Assembly (NCBI GenBank): GCA_022842645.1
Contig: JALHPE010000002.1
Coordinates: 1,322-65,321, forward strand
DNA: 64,000 nucleotides
Direction: 5' to 3'
Origin: Minisyncoccota bacterium
Lineage (GTDB): Bacteria; Patescibacteriota; Minisyncoccia; Phycocordibacterales; UBA2100
Numbering within the stretch: position 1 is the stretch's first letter; every line of letters begins with the position of its first letter. A program made the translations under genes and the position numbers. Under the pieces are notes generated by a model that made no database searches, was not told the origin of the DNA, and was given only the letters and a program-made list of their open reading frames with translations. Positions 28,957 to 38,594 of this stretch are shown here, piece by piece.

Positions 28957-29556
28957 ATGAGTATTGCTATGACAGCCCTAACGGGCTTTTTTGTTTGGTC
29001 GAGCGTCGCGTCGTCTTCGGTCTTAACCAGCCCGCCGGCACCAATGGCTCTCCCCGAACCGGTCGCCCCGCTTACGGCGGCACCTTCCAAAAGCATCCCT
29101 GTCCGCGTGACGGGCTATAACGCCGTTCCCGAGCAAACCGACAGCGACCCCTTCATAACCGCCTCAGGTGCCTTCTCTAACCCCGAGGTGGTGGCGGCTG
29201 TTTCGCGCGATCTGCGCGGCGCACTTCCGTTTGGAACCGTGATTGCCCTTGAGGCGTCAGATAATCTCACCGGGCAGTATTGTGGCTGGGAGCTCGTTGA
29301 GCATTTCGTTGGCTATCGTGTGATCGCCGACACCATGAACGCACGGCACGTAGAGCGTGTGGACATCCTCTTTGCAGAAGACGCCATGGTGAACGTGCGG
29401 GTGGATGGAACCGTGAAGAACGTTAATGCGGCGCGAGCGCTTGCAAGCTGTGGCGGCATCAAAGCGCGCGTCGTTGGTAAAATTGATATCAAAGACATTC
29501 CTGATACGCAGGCAGAACTCGCGATGCGCGTGCAAGAAACACTTGCGGCGAAGTAG
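28957..29556 (+). CDS. 3D-domain (lytic transglycosylase-like) exported protein
   Basis: VTGYNA...QTDSDPFITASG, LPFGT, DTMNAR...VDI. TTGACA-N17-TAAATT promoter upstream. Confidence 0.8.
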   Translation: MSIAMTALTGFFVWSSVASSSVLTSPPAPMALPEPVAPLTAAPSKSIPVRVTGYNAVPEQTDSDPFITASGAFSNPEVVAAVSRDLRGALPFGTVIALEASDNLTGQYCGWELVEHFVGYRVIADTMNARHVERVDILFAEDAMVNVRVDGTVKNVNAARALASCGGIKARVVGKIDIKDIPDTQAELAMRVQETLAAK

Positions 29557-29557
29557 G

Positions 29558-29944
29558 TTAGCGACGAACTACCACCTTAAACCCACCGTACGCCATTTTT
29601 GTTGGATCCATAGGCACAGGGACGCCCTCCCATTTCTTAGCTTCCTTGTTCATCTGTTCCATCACTTTCTTATTCACCGCGTCGCGGTGTTTTTTGTTTT
29701 TGTAGACGATAAATGAAAACCACACCGTGTCGCCCGGCTTCGCATCTGCGGTTTCCACAAACGAGCGCGCGGTCATGCCGGAGGGATCTGGCTTAATCTT
29801 CAAATCGTCACCCTGACATTCGTAATAAGCGAGCGCGCCATATTTCATCCACGTGCGCGCTCCCCACGCGGCCATTTTCTTGTAAGCAGCGACTTTGTTT
29901 TTAGCGATAGGGAACACGAATCCATCAATGTATGAGCCTTTCAT
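29558..29944 (-). CDS. DUF1428 (YbaA-like) protein
   Basis: YIDGFV.P, W.KYGAL.Y.EC.GDD, HRDAVNKKVM, MAYGGF. Confidence 0.88.
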   Translation of the reverse strand: MKGSYIDGFVFPIAKNKVAAYKKMAAWGARTWMKYGALAYYECQGDDLKIKPDPSGMTARSFVETADAKPGDTVWFSFIVYKNKKHRDAVNKKVMEQMNKEAKKWEGVPVPMDPTKMAYGGFKVVVRR

Positions 29945-30162
29945 ATAAATAGAAATTAGATTATAGATAATAGACGCTGGATAACGCCCTACGCTATGAA
30001 TGATAGACCACTCTTCTTGGGTGCGCGAGTAAGATTGCTGAAAAACTCACTACTTAAAGTCTTTTCTTATACCCAGGCCAGCATTTTAGGCACACAGGGG
30101 AGTCGCTGCTTTTATAAAACACATGCCCGCGGCTACAGGTCTTCCGAATACTTTTTCGATTC

Positions 30163-30585
30163 TTAGCGACCATATTTCTTTTTCATTGCTTTGTATCCTC
30201 GTTCAACGATGGTCTGGAGCGTCGGGAGATGAACATCAGAAAGTCGCTTGATGTAAAGACATGAGCCGCCGTGTTTGTGCTTCCCAAGTTTTTTCAAAAG
30301 TGCGCCGTAGTCTTTAAAGCCCGGCATGATATACACCGTGAGATTGCTTTTGCGAGGAGAGAATGCGGTGAGTGGCCAATCGCCCTTTTGTGCGCTCCGA
30401 TCCGATTCGTAGTGATATTCACCGAAACCAACCATGTTGTTGTTCCACAGCACCGGCTTTTCCCCCGTCGCCTTTTTCATGAGCGCAAGAAGCCCTTTCG
30501 CATCCGCGCGCTGCTTTGCATCAGGAATTGCTGCGATAAATTTCACGACACTCTCTTTGGTTTTCTTGGTTTTAATTTCTGCCAT
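30163..30585 (-). CDS. DUF1801 family protein
   Basis: TGEKPVLW..MVGFG.YHY..GDWP..FSPRK..LGKHK.G.SCLYIKRL. Confidence 0.85.
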   Translation of the reverse strand: MAEIKTKKTKESVVKFIAAIPDAKQRADAKGLLALMKKATGEKPVLWNNNMVGFGEYHYESDRSAQKGDWPLTAFSPRKSNLTVYIMPGFKDYGALLKKLGKHKHGGSCLYIKRLSDVHLPTLQTIVERGYKAMKKKYGR

Positions 30586-30685
30586 AGTTAGGATGCAGCT
30601 TCTTCACAATTCATGTCAAACCAGAGGCAAGGAGTTATTTTTTGCATGGGTTTATTCTAACATTCAGTGTGGTTATAATCGTGGT

Positions 30686-31102
30686 ATGGAACGTGAAAAG
30701 AAGCCGTCGACACCTCGAGTCCAAGGAAGTGGTTTCGAGACAGCGGAAACGATCTCAACTGAATTTCCAGGGCTTAATGTTGAGGCTGTGCGGCAATCTA
30801 TTGCGTTTTTACTCGCACAAGTATCAAAAAGTGGCTATACGGGTATCGAGGAAGAAATTGAGTTTGATAAGCATGGTCTTCCTGAGGGAACGTACAGATT
30901 GGATAGCATCATGAACATACTCGACCTACGAACAAAGAATGACATTGAACGATTTGTGCAGAGTGTTGGGGATGGTGAGAATTTCGACGTGTATTTCGTG
31001 TTTAATCCGGAAACCAAGCGTGCGCGTCTTGGCTGTACGCTCAAAAAGCATGCATTGGTGCCGAATCTGTACACATTCGAATCACGTATTAAGGAGAAAT
31101 AA
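30686..31102 (+). CDS. Hypothetical protein
   Basis: TATAAT 6 nt before the ATG, fills the gap, terminator follows. Confidence 0.65.
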   Translation: MEREKKPSTPRVQGSGFETAETISTEFPGLNVEAVRQSIAFLLAQVSKSGYTGIEEEIEFDKHGLPEGTYRLDSIMNILDLRTKNDIERFVQSVGDGENFDVYFVFNPETKRARLGCTLKKHALVPNLYTFESRIKEK

Positions 31103-31180
31103 TCATGAACCATGGCCACATAGCGCCACAAAAAACACAAACCCCCTTGCGGGGGTTTGTGTTTTGCTACCAGGCGCAGA

Positions 31181-31381
31181 TTACGCGCGGCTGATTTTGA
31201 CGGCGTTCAAACCCTTTGGGCTCTCAGCGACCTCAAACGTCATGACATCACCTTCGCGGAGTTCGTCGAACGAAACGCCGACGAGTTCGGTGGAGTGGAA
31301 AAAGAGATCCTTTTCCTCGCCATCGCGCTTGATGAAGCCGAAGCCCTTATCAGTGATACGGGCAATTGTTCCTTTTTGCAT
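31181..31381 (-). CDS. Cold-shock domain protein
   Basis: KGFGFI, DLFFHS, KGLNAV. Confidence 0.95.
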   Translation of the reverse strand: MQKGTIARITDKGFGFIKRDGEEKDLFFHSTELVGVSFDELREGDVMTFEVAESPKGLNAVKISRA

Positions 31382-31477
31382 ATGCAGAAGAATTTCGGTT
31401 TGGTTAAATCAAGACAGCCTGCTGGAGTTGTAGTTCGATCCCTGCTTCTCTGGATCAGCTCTGAATTTGATAGTGTG

Positions 31478-31506
31478 AAGATAGCACGTCGAACACGCTG
31501 TGTCAA
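31478..31506 (-). promoter_or_regulatory. Sigma70 promoter of the cold-shock gene, about 90-nt 5' UTR
   Basis: TTGACA-N17-TATCTT. Confidence 0.65.
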
Positions 31507-31690
31507 TCGTTTTTTCCCTGAAAAACAAAGAAAGCATGCTACACTCAGAAGCGAGTCGAGTCCCTTGGTTTCGGCTGACTTTTCCCAAGTATCCGCTCGG
31601 GTTCTGCCGAAGAAATTTACACTCTTCCTGCACACTGCCGCCTCCGGGCGGTTTTGTGCGTGTGGCACGCCGTGTCTTTTGTTCTCCTCG

Positions 31691-32317
31691 TCAATCTTGT
31701 ATGGGTACGAGTATTTCGTTGCGAATCAGGAGCGGAAATGTCCACGGTGCGTTATATCCCGCAAAGCGCGCTTCGCCGAGAATACCCACACCATCCTTGC
31801 GTAAGATGTTCAGAAAATGCTCTTTGCGTTCTTCAACGCGACTTCCGCGAAACCAACCGCCAAAAGTATAGGCCGCAACGCGCTCGCTCGGTAACTCTCG
31901 GACAGTAATGCGAGGGTCATTTGGTTTGGGGAGAGTATCGCGCGTATATTTCTGAGGAACCACAAACTGCACCGTCCAGAGCCCCTCTTTTTCTTCGACA
32001 ACCACGGGCGCCGTCATAGCAATCTTTTCTCCACGACTTTTTTGTTGAATCACGGGCGCCGTCATTGCAATAGATTCTTGGGCGGTATTATTACCAAAAA
32101 TAAACGAAGCAAGAATAGAGAATCCTTCATTGATCGCAGAATCAAAATCGCTCTGTACTGTCGTCTCGATCACGAGGTGTGGGGCGTAGCGGCGTATTTC
32201 GTAACTTCCTTTTCGCTCGAGCACTTCGTATGGAGCTTGTTCAACGTTGTTTGAAAAAAAACTCCAGGCAAGCCAGAAGGCAAGCACAGCTACTACCACC
32301 CCAATAGATACGTACAT
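31691..32317 (-). CDS. SOUL heme-binding family protein
   Basis: YEIRRY, GF..LA.FIFGNN, IAMTAPV twice, YNAPWT.P..RNE. Confidence 0.9.
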   Translation of the reverse strand: MYVSIGVVVAVLAFWLAWSFFSNNVEQAPYEVLERKGSYEIRRYAPHLVIETTVQSDFDSAINEGFSILASFIFGNNTAQESIAMTAPVIQQKSRGEKIAMTAPVVVEEKEGLWTVQFVVPQKYTRDTLPKPNDPRITVRELPSERVAAYTFGGWFRGSRVEERKEHFLNILRKDGVGILGEARFAGYNAPWTFPLLIRNEILVPIQD

Positions 32318-32368
32318 GTTCACGTGTTGAATTGTAGCATCATCCAGAAAGATGATAGAATTGATCCT

Positions 32369-32779
32369 ATGACTCTCATGCAATATGTACTCACATATCT
32401 CATCTCAGTACCCGTCTTTTTTGCGATCGACATGGTCTGGCTTGGGTATGTTGCGTCTTCTTTTTATCGCGAGCAGATAGGACATCTTCTTGGTCCGATA
32501 AACTGGCCTGTCGCAATCGCTTTTTATTTCATCTTCCTCGTTGGTCTTCTCATTTTCGCCATTGGTCCCGCTTTGCAAGGCAAAGGCCTTGGCCATGCAA
32601 TTCTTTTTGGTGCACTCTTCGGCTTTTTCACCTACGCTACGTACGACCTCACTAACTGGGCAACGCTTCGCGATTGGCCTGCACTCGTTGTATTTGTCGA
32701 TCTCGTGTGGGGGACGGTGCTTTCAGCAACTGTTGCAGGTGTGACATTCTGGCTTGCAAGCATGTTTCTGATTCGGTAA
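32369..32779 (+). CDS. DUF2177 membrane protein
   Basis: IDMVWLG, YATYDLTN.ATL.DWP..VDLVWG. Confidence 0.88.
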   Translation: MTLMQYVLTYLISVPVFFAIDMVWLGYVASSFYREQIGHLLGPINWPVAIAFYFIFLVGLLIFAIGPALQGKGLGHAILFGALFGFFTYATYDLTNWATLRDWPALVVFVDLVWGTVLSATVAGVTFWLASMFLIR

Positions 32780-32782
32780 CAC

Positions 32783-33553
32783 ATGACAACGCTTCTTTTC
32801 TCACTTGGCGTACTCACGTTTTTCATGAGTGCTCTTTTTATCATTTCAATTGCGAGGAGAAACAACGATACTGCAGACATCGGCTACGGAGTTGCGTTTA
32901 TGGTCGTCATCGCGACCACATTTATTTTGAAAGGCGCGCAAGGCTGGACACTTTTAATCGCGCTTCTACCATTTATCTGGGGCACCCGTCTCGCGTATCG
33001 AATCTATAAAAAGAATCGCGGCAAGCCCGAGGACTTTCGGTACAAAACCTGGCGAGAAACGTGGGGAAAGACATTCGTCATTCGCAGTTTCTTTCAGATT
33101 TATATGCTCCAGGGTGCAATCGTCTTTCTGGTCGCGCTCCCCGTCCTTCTTGCAATCGTATTTCCGCGCGAACCCTTGACAGGACTTGTGCTTCTAGGAT
33201 TTTTTGTATGGTGTGTTGGGTTTTTCTTCGAGGCGCGCGGTGATTACGAACTCGACCGCTTTCTCGCGAATCCGGAAAACAAAGGAAAAATTATGACGGA
33301 GGGTTTGTGGCACTATACGCGCCACCCTAATTACTTTGGCGAGAGCGCTATGTGGTGGGGGCTCGCAATTATGTGTTTTGGGCTCTCGAGTCTCGCGACG
33401 TGGGGACTTATAAGTCCACTCCTCATCACCTATCTTCTTCTCTATGTGTCTGGTGTCCCCATGCTTGAAAAGCGCTGGGAGGGAAATCCAGAGTGGGAAG
33501 CCTACAAAGCCCGCACCTCTGTTTTTCTGCCTCTTTTGCCGAAAAAAAGCTAG
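32783..33553 (+). CDS. DUF1295 (steroid 5-alpha-reductase-like) membrane protein
   Basis: EDFRY, GLWHYTRHPNYFGE..WWG, SGVPMLE. Confidence 0.9.
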   Translation: MTTLLFSLGVLTFFMSALFIISIARRNNDTADIGYGVAFMVVIATTFILKGAQGWTLLIALLPFIWGTRLAYRIYKKNRGKPEDFRYKTWRETWGKTFVIRSFFQIYMLQGAIVFLVALPVLLAIVFPREPLTGLVLLGFFVWCVGFFFEARGDYELDRFLANPENKGKIMTEGLWHYTRHPNYFGESAMWWGLAIMCFGLSSLATWGLISPLLITYLLLYVSGVPMLEKRWEGNPEWEAYKARTSVFLPLLPKKS

Positions 33554-33565
33554 CGCGTGCGAAAT

Positions 33566-33606
33566 AAAAAAGTGCGAGACCCCTTGCTGGGGCCTCACAC
33601 TTTTTC
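33566..33606. terminator. Bidirectional terminator
   Basis: AAAAAAGTG.GAG...CTC.CACTTTTTT between convergent genes. Confidence 0.7.
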
Positions 33607-33618
33607 TATGTTAAAAAT

Positions 33619-33744
33619 TTAACGGCGCTTCGCGCGCTTGCTCTTCTTTGCAGAGAGCATCGCAGCCTTCGTCGCAAGACGTTTTGCGGTCTTGCGCGAG
33701 CGCGACTTCTTGCGCTGTATCGGCGAAATTCTTCCTTGGCTCAT
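33619..33744 (-). CDS. 41-aa Lys/Arg-rich peptide with a histone-H3-tail-like segment (absent from the ORF track)
   Basis: MSQGRISPIQRKKSRSRKTAKRLATKAAMLSAKKSKRAKRR*. Starts 7 nt after the SET stop, TATAAT 6 nt before the ATG, terminator after the stop. Confidence 0.75.
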   Translation of the reverse strand: MSQGRISPIQRKKSRSRKTAKRLATKAAMLSAKKSKRAKRR

Positions 33745-33751
33745 GCGCCCA

Positions 33752-34177
33752 TTATACACGGTTTCTGCGCATACGCACGCACTTTACGCAGCGACACCCC
33801 TTAGGTTTGATGTGCTTATCAAAATACTCTTTGCCGTAGTTGTAGGAGAGTTCTTCGCCGGCGCGAATGGTTCGTAGCGCGACGATAAAAATACGCCCGG
33901 GCGGACCATCAGCCTCGCAGTTGGGAGCGCACGAGTGATTAATAAACCGCGCCTTATTGGAGGGAATGTTCCCATTTATCATAGTTGTCTTTCCCGTCCA
34001 GAAAAGATATTTTCCATCGTCCCGCGCCATCTCCTCCAAAGTTGCCGGTCGTCCGGTGTATTCAATGATGCACGCACCTTTCGGTATCGTCTCCTCAGCA
34101 AAAAGCCCGCGCCCCGTAGCGGATTTCCGCACGCGAAGTTTGAAAGTGTCTGGAGCGAAGCGAGATTGTTTTCTCAT
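33752..34177 (-). CDS. SET-domain protein-lysine methyltransferase
   Basis: GRGLFA, IIEYTG, ARFINHSCAPNC, GEELSYNYG, post-SET C.C.KC. Confidence 0.95.
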   Translation of the reverse strand: MRKQSRFAPDTFKLRVRKSATGRGLFAEETIPKGACIIEYTGRPATLEEMARDDGKYLFWTGKTTMINGNIPSNKARFINHSCAPNCEADGPPGRIFIVALRTIRAGEELSYNYGKEYFDKHIKPKGCRCVKCVRMRRNRV

Positions 34178-34184
34178 GCGAGAC

Positions 34185-34769
34185 CTACCGCACGAGGTGG
34201 CGCGGCACGAGCCACATCACCGCGACGAGGGCGAAGATGATATACGAAATGATGGGACTTACAAATGCGGCTCCTATCGCGAGCACATAGAGCGCAATAG
34301 ATGCTTTGCCTTTAAAATCATTCTCAAATTTAAAATCACGTGTCACCTGAGAATCTTCTTCATGCTGCGCGACGATGTGTGCCTGCAAAATGCTGTAGGC
34401 AAATGCCGCAGCGAGAAGCATGAATCCATAGAGAAGCACAGGCGCGAACGCACCGTGACTCTCGCCGAGCCATGCTGTCGCGAAAGGTATGAGTGAGAGC
34501 CAGAACAAAAGGTGTGCATTTGCCCACATGATGCCGGGCGTTGGTGTACGCATCGCACGCAGAAGATGGTGGTGATTGTTCCAATAGATAAGGAGATACA
34601 TAAAGCTGAGAACATAGCTCAAGAAAATGGGGAACACAGCAAGGAGATCAGCAAAATAGTGTCCAGTTGGAGGACGGAGCTCGAGCACCATAATGGTTAT
34701 GATGATCGCAAACACTGCGTCGCTAAAAAGTTCGAGACGAGGTGGGATAAAAGATTGTTCTTTTTGCAT
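34185..34769 (-). CDS. TMEM175-family K+ channel
   Basis: RLELFSDAVFAIIITIMVLEL, YWNNHHH, LIPFATAW. Confidence 0.92.
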   Translation of the reverse strand: MQKEQSFIPPRLELFSDAVFAIIITIMVLELRPPTGHYFADLLAVFPIFLSYVLSFMYLLIYWNNHHHLLRAMRTPTPGIMWANAHLLFWLSLIPFATAWLGESHGAFAPVLLYGFMLLAAAFAYSILQAHIVAQHEEDSQVTRDFKFENDFKGKASIALYVLAIGAAFVSPIISYIIFALVAVMWLVPRHLVR

Positions 34770-34852
34770 GACGCGAGTATAGCACTTAGGTTCCAGAGTT
34801 CTGCACGCGCTCCTAGTGGCGTGGCACAAAAAGATGGGTATACTTTCAGCAT

Positions 34853-35263
34853 ATGGTCGCTACAGGAGACATGAAATACACCGTTCTCATTATCGAAGAC
34901 GACGAGACACTGCGCTCGGTAAGTGCAGAAAAACTTACACAAGAGGGGTTTGTAGTCTCTCAATCAGCAGACGGTGCGAAGGGACTTGCCTTGGCGCTCG
35001 AAACACACCCCGACCTCATCATTCTCGATAACCGTATGCCGAATATGTCGGGCTATCAGATGTTGAAGACACTCCGCGCGAGCGGGGATTGGGGCGCGCG
35101 CGTCCGCGTTATTTTCTTCACCAACATCGCACCTGAGGATGAATCCGCAGCGGCGGACATCGAAGCTATTGCACCCCAGCGCTATTTGATGAAAAGCGAG
35201 GTGAGCTTGGAGGAACTCGCTAGAATTGTGAAGGAACAGCTCGGGATTACTGCTCAGGGCTAA
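34853..35263 (+). CDS. Single-domain response regulator
   Basis: LIIEDD, PDLIILD.RMP.MSG, YLMK. Alternative start at 34871. Confidence 0.9.
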   Translation: MVATGDMKYTVLIIEDDETLRSVSAEKLTQEGFVVSQSADGAKGLALALETHPDLIILDNRMPNMSGYQMLKTLRASGDWGARVRVIFFTNIAPEDESAAADIEAIAPQRYLMKSEVSLEELARIVKEQLGITAQG

Positions 35264-35266
35264 TCT

Positions 35267-35488
35267 ATGCACACGTTGCCTGGGGATTTGCGAGCGGCGC
35301 TCTTACAGGCGCCGCGCGCCAAAGCCACTTGGGACAAAACCACGCCCCTCGCCAAAAACGATTGGATTTGTTGGGTAATCTCCGGGAAAAAAGCAGAAAC
35401 CCGCGGCATTCGCATTCAGAAAGCCATTTCCAAACTTTCCGGCGGCATGCGCCGCCCCTGCTGCTGGACAGGCTGCCCGCATCGCTAA
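35267..35488 (+). CDS. YdeI/OmpD-associated family protein
   Basis: TPLAKNDWICWV..KKAETR..RI..G.RRPCCW.GC. Confidence 0.8.
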   Translation: MHTLPGDLRAALLQAPRAKATWDKTTPLAKNDWICWVISGKKAETRGIRIQKAISKLSGGMRRPCCWTGCPHR

Positions 35489-35515
35489 AGGAGGAGTGGG
35501 CGGGAGTGATAAAAA

Positions 35516-36388
35516 ATGTATACTGCCTTCGTGGAGAAGCACATCATCATTCTTTTCTATAAATTCGTACGGATTGAGAATCCGGCGGCATTCCGCGAGG
35601 AGCAGATTGCGCTCTGTAAAAGGCTTGGGCTCAAGGGGCGTATGCTTATCGCGCACGAAGGGGTGAATGGCACCTTCGAGGGCACCGAGGGAGCGATTGA
35701 ATCTTACAAACAAACGCTCCGGAGCGACGCGCGCTTCCGCGACCTTGTTTTCAAGGAATCCGAGGGCACGGGAAGTGCTTTTCCCCAGCTTCGCATCAAG
35801 GTGCGCAAAGAGGTGGTAACGCTCGGCGCAGGGGAGTTTGATGTACAAAAAGAAACTGCGCGAGAAGTCACTGCCGAAGAATTGGAGGCAATGTACGCGA
35901 GGAACGACGACTTCGTTGTTCTCGACCTGCGCAATGATTTTGAAATTGAGGCAGGGCAGTTTGAACGCACTGTCGACCCAAAGCTCCGCTTCTTCCGCGA
36001 TCTTCCGCAGAAACTCGATTCAATCGCCCATTTGAAGCAGAAGAAAGTGGTCGCTGTCTGCACTGGTGGCATTCGCTGCGAAAAGGCAACATGTCTTCTC
36101 CAGAAAGAGGGTTTTGAAAATCTCTATCAATTGAAAGACGGTATTCACACCTACATGCAAAAATTCCCAGGGAAGCGCTTCAAAGGAACGCTCTATGTCT
36201 TCGATAATCGCCAAGTGAGCGAGATCGTCGAAACTCCCGGGCGCGAAGTCATCTCTCGCTGCGCCTTTTGCGAAACTCTCACGGAAGATTTCTACAGCGA
36301 CGACAGCGTCCACCCCTCCCGCAAAGTCATCTGCTGTGACGAGTGTATCGAAACCCACGCGGAACTGCGAAGCTGCGTGAATGCGTGA
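35516..36388 (+). CDS. Rhodanese-domain protein, TrhO/UPF0176-like
   Basis: LKGR.LIA.EGVNGT, D.RNDFE..G.F, CTGGIRCEK, YVFDNR. Confidence 0.9.
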   Translation: MYTAFVEKHIIILFYKFVRIENPAAFREEQIALCKRLGLKGRMLIAHEGVNGTFEGTEGAIESYKQTLRSDARFRDLVFKESEGTGSAFPQLRIKVRKEVVTLGAGEFDVQKETAREVTAEELEAMYARNDDFVVLDLRNDFEIEAGQFERTVDPKLRFFRDLPQKLDSIAHLKQKKVVAVCTGGIRCEKATCLLQKEGFENLYQLKDGIHTYMQKFPGKRFKGTLYVFDNRQVSEIVETPGREVISRCAFCETLTEDFYSDDSVHPSRKVICCDECIETHAELRSCVNA

Positions 36389-36486
36389 GATCGCGCAAGT
36401 TTCCGCACTAGTTAAACCTCTGTCTGTATTTGACGTCCCACACCCGCGGGCGTTTAATAGCGGAAGTCACAATCGGAGAAAGTGTC

Positions 36487-36747
36487 ATGAGAGATATGCA
36501 GTTGCTCTTGCAAGGATATGGCCTTACAACAGCCGAAATTCTTTATGGCATTCCAGATTATCCGGCGATTCTGCAATCGTACACCTGGCAGGACTATGAC
36601 CTCGCGCCACAGTTTCCAAAACTGCGGGGGTTCCTGAATTTCTGGCAACACAATCTCGACGGCCCGCTTTTTCAGGTCATCGTCGCCCACCGTACGCTCA
36701 TTCGCCCGGCCGAGATCCGTCTGGTTTGCGAGACGAAATTGCACTAA
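36487..36747 (+). CDS. usg: Usg-family protein
   Basis: GYGLTTAEILY..PD.P..LQSY.WQDYDLAP.FP.L..FL.FW...LDGPL..V.VAH..LI.PAE. Confidence 0.85.
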   Translation: MRDMQLLLQGYGLTTAEILYGIPDYPAILQSYTWQDYDLAPQFPKLRGFLNFWQHNLDGPLFQVIVAHRTLIRPAEIRLVCETKLH

Positions 36748-36912
36748 ATAGGCGCCCGTTCCCGAAGGAACGGGCGCCTCCTCGTCTCTCCCTTTACGAC
36801 ATCCATGGATGCATATTTTCAACAGGCCCAGTCGCACAGACTTTTAGTGGGCGTATACTACTCTTAGTAGTGCTTTGTGCATCATTGATTACTCATCGAG
36901 CGATCGCAAGCT

Positions 36913-37155
36913 ATGAAAAAAGAATTTACTCAGGAGGAGGCAAAAAATATTGGGAATACGCTCGGCGTCAATTGGGATGCGGTCGATCTCGAGCAATTCC
37001 GCTTAGGACTCGCAGTTGAGTTGGAGCACGGCGCGCATGATCCGGAGACCAACGTCACTAACGATGATCTCCTCATGACCGGAAAAATCGCCTGGGCTCA
37101 TCTGAAAGAAGTTCCCGATTACTACACAAAATTACAAGCAGTAGAAAACGAATGA
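36913..37155 (+). CDS. DUF5661-like protein
   Basis: GLAVELEHG..D..TNVTNDD...TGKIAWAHL.E.PDYYT.L. Confidence 0.8.
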   Translation: MKKEFTQEEAKNIGNTLGVNWDAVDLEQFRLGLAVELEHGAHDPETNVTNDDLLMTGKIAWAHLKEVPDYYTKLQAVENE

Positions 37156-37319
37156 GTATGGAAAAAATAAAAATTGAACAACACACTGTTTCCGGCGGCG
37201 CATGGTGTGCCGCATGGCTCTTTACTGTCGGCTACCTGCAACTTTCATTCTGGAAGGGTGTATTAGCACTCCTCCTCTGGCCATATTACCTCGGTGTGCA
37301 CTTTAGTCCGTTGGTGTAG
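37152..37319 (+). CDS. Small membrane protein (absent from the ORF track)
   Basis: MSMEKIKIEQHTVSGGAWCAAWLFTVGYLQLSFWKGVLALLLWPYYLGVHFSPLV*, ATGA overlap with the upstream stop. Confidence 0.75.
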   Translation: MSMEKIKIEQHTVSGGAWCAAWLFTVGYLQLSFWKGVLALLLWPYYLGVHFSPLV

Positions 37320-37331
37320 CACGCTGCGCGA

Positions 37332-38015
37332 TTACTGTTCGTGATCCTGCACCGCAGGTTCTCTTGATTTTTGATGCGATCGAAAGCGGCGGACGCTGTA
37401 TATGACTACCGTTATCATCCCAAGAAGCAGGAGACTCAAAAAGATATATTTTTCAAACCGCGAAATTGCTGTTGCATATGTTGCATAAACCTCACCCACC
37501 TGCCACCCCACGAGGCCTAAACAAAAAGCCCGCAGAAATGATCCTATTCCCGTAATAACAAGAAATGTGGGGTAGGGGTAACGTATAAGGCCGCAAAATC
37601 CAGAAATGCCCACACCGGGAACAATGGGAAGTAAACGCAAAATAAACAATACAACCTCGTCAGTCCGCCCCTGTCGCATGCGCGCCTGGGTGCGCTCAAC
37701 TGACTCCCAGTGAAGACCTATCCATCGTCCGATGTAATCAATAGCTGGTTTTCCACCAAAATAACCAAATGCATACACTACAGATGACCCTAGGCTTACC
37801 CCAATAGAAACAGGTAGTGCGATCTGCGTGAGAGAGGCCACGACAGCCAGGGAAAATGTGTAGTCATCGGGCAGCAAGAAGAATCCTGCAGACAAAGGGA
37901 TTAGTGGTGAGGGAATGGGCGCAACAAATTCTTCTATGATAGTTGCAACAAATACCCCCCATGCACCATATGTCACTATGATGTTTTGGATGTAGATGAT
38001 CAAACTTTCTAACAT
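37332..38015 (-). CDS. DedA/VTT family membrane protein
   Basis: IEEFVAPIPS, GS...Y..GY.GG, LRLLPIVP. Confidence 0.85.
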   Translation of the reverse strand: MLESLIIYIQNIIVTYGAWGVFVATIIEEFVAPIPSPLIPLSAGFFLLPDDYTFSLAVVASLTQIALPVSIGVSLGSSVVYAFGYFGGKPAIDYIGRWIGLHWESVERTQARMRQGRTDEVVLFILRLLPIVPGVGISGFCGLIRYPYPTFLVITGIGSFLRAFCLGLVGWQVGEVYATYATAISRFEKYIFLSLLLLGMITVVIYSVRRFRSHQKSREPAVQDHEQ

Positions 38016-38105
38016 GAGATATAGCGCGCTAGTCGTTTTGGTGGTTTCCTCAGATGCGCTCTGAAACCAGTGTATGCGTGTGCATATCCACGGTGACTCA
38101 GAGCT

Positions 38106-38381
38106 TTAAAAGAAATCAAATAAGTCACTCAGCGGATTTTCTCTTCTGTTTTGTCCTCCAAAACCATTACGTTGTGGCGATCCATCCTCATCTTCGTCGT
38201 TGTGGGGTGTAGATCTTGATGCGCCATTAGAGTGTGAGGTAAATTCGCTTCCGGAGCGCTCGATGATTTTATCGAGTTCCCCTCGATCAAGCCACACACC
38301 TCGGCATTGTGGGCAATAATCAATCTCAATTCCTTGACGATCGCTCATTACAAGAGAAACATTGCACGTTGGACAGTTCAT
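38106..38381 (-). CDS. zf-TFIIB zinc-ribbon protein
   Basis: CPTC..L....RQGIEIDYCPQCRGVWLDRGELDKII. Confidence 0.9.
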   Translation of the reverse strand: MNCPTCNVSLVMSDRQGIEIDYCPQCRGVWLDRGELDKIIERSGSEFTSHSNGASRSTPHNDEDEDGSPQRNGFGGQNRRENPLSDLFDFF

Positions 38382-38594
38382 ATGAAAGCATTATACGGTC
38401 TTCAATTCATGTGTCTAGTTTCTTTGGCGTGAGACGTCGTTTCGCAGTCGGAATCAGTGTGCTATCTGGAGTCGAGATTACGTGCCGCAGGGAGAGCAAA
38501 AGTATTGGGACCGTCTCGATTTGCGCTTGAAATAAAAGCCGCTCGATCGAAATCGAGCGGCTCTCAGCGAACGGGCGAAGCTGCAAAAGTAGCT

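Noticed and set aside
31424-31433. 10-mer GGAGTTGTAG shared between the cold-shock 5' UTR and the ncRNA candidate (49354-49363)
   Set aside because: Same sense in both transcripts, so they cannot pair, and the match is short enough to be chance.
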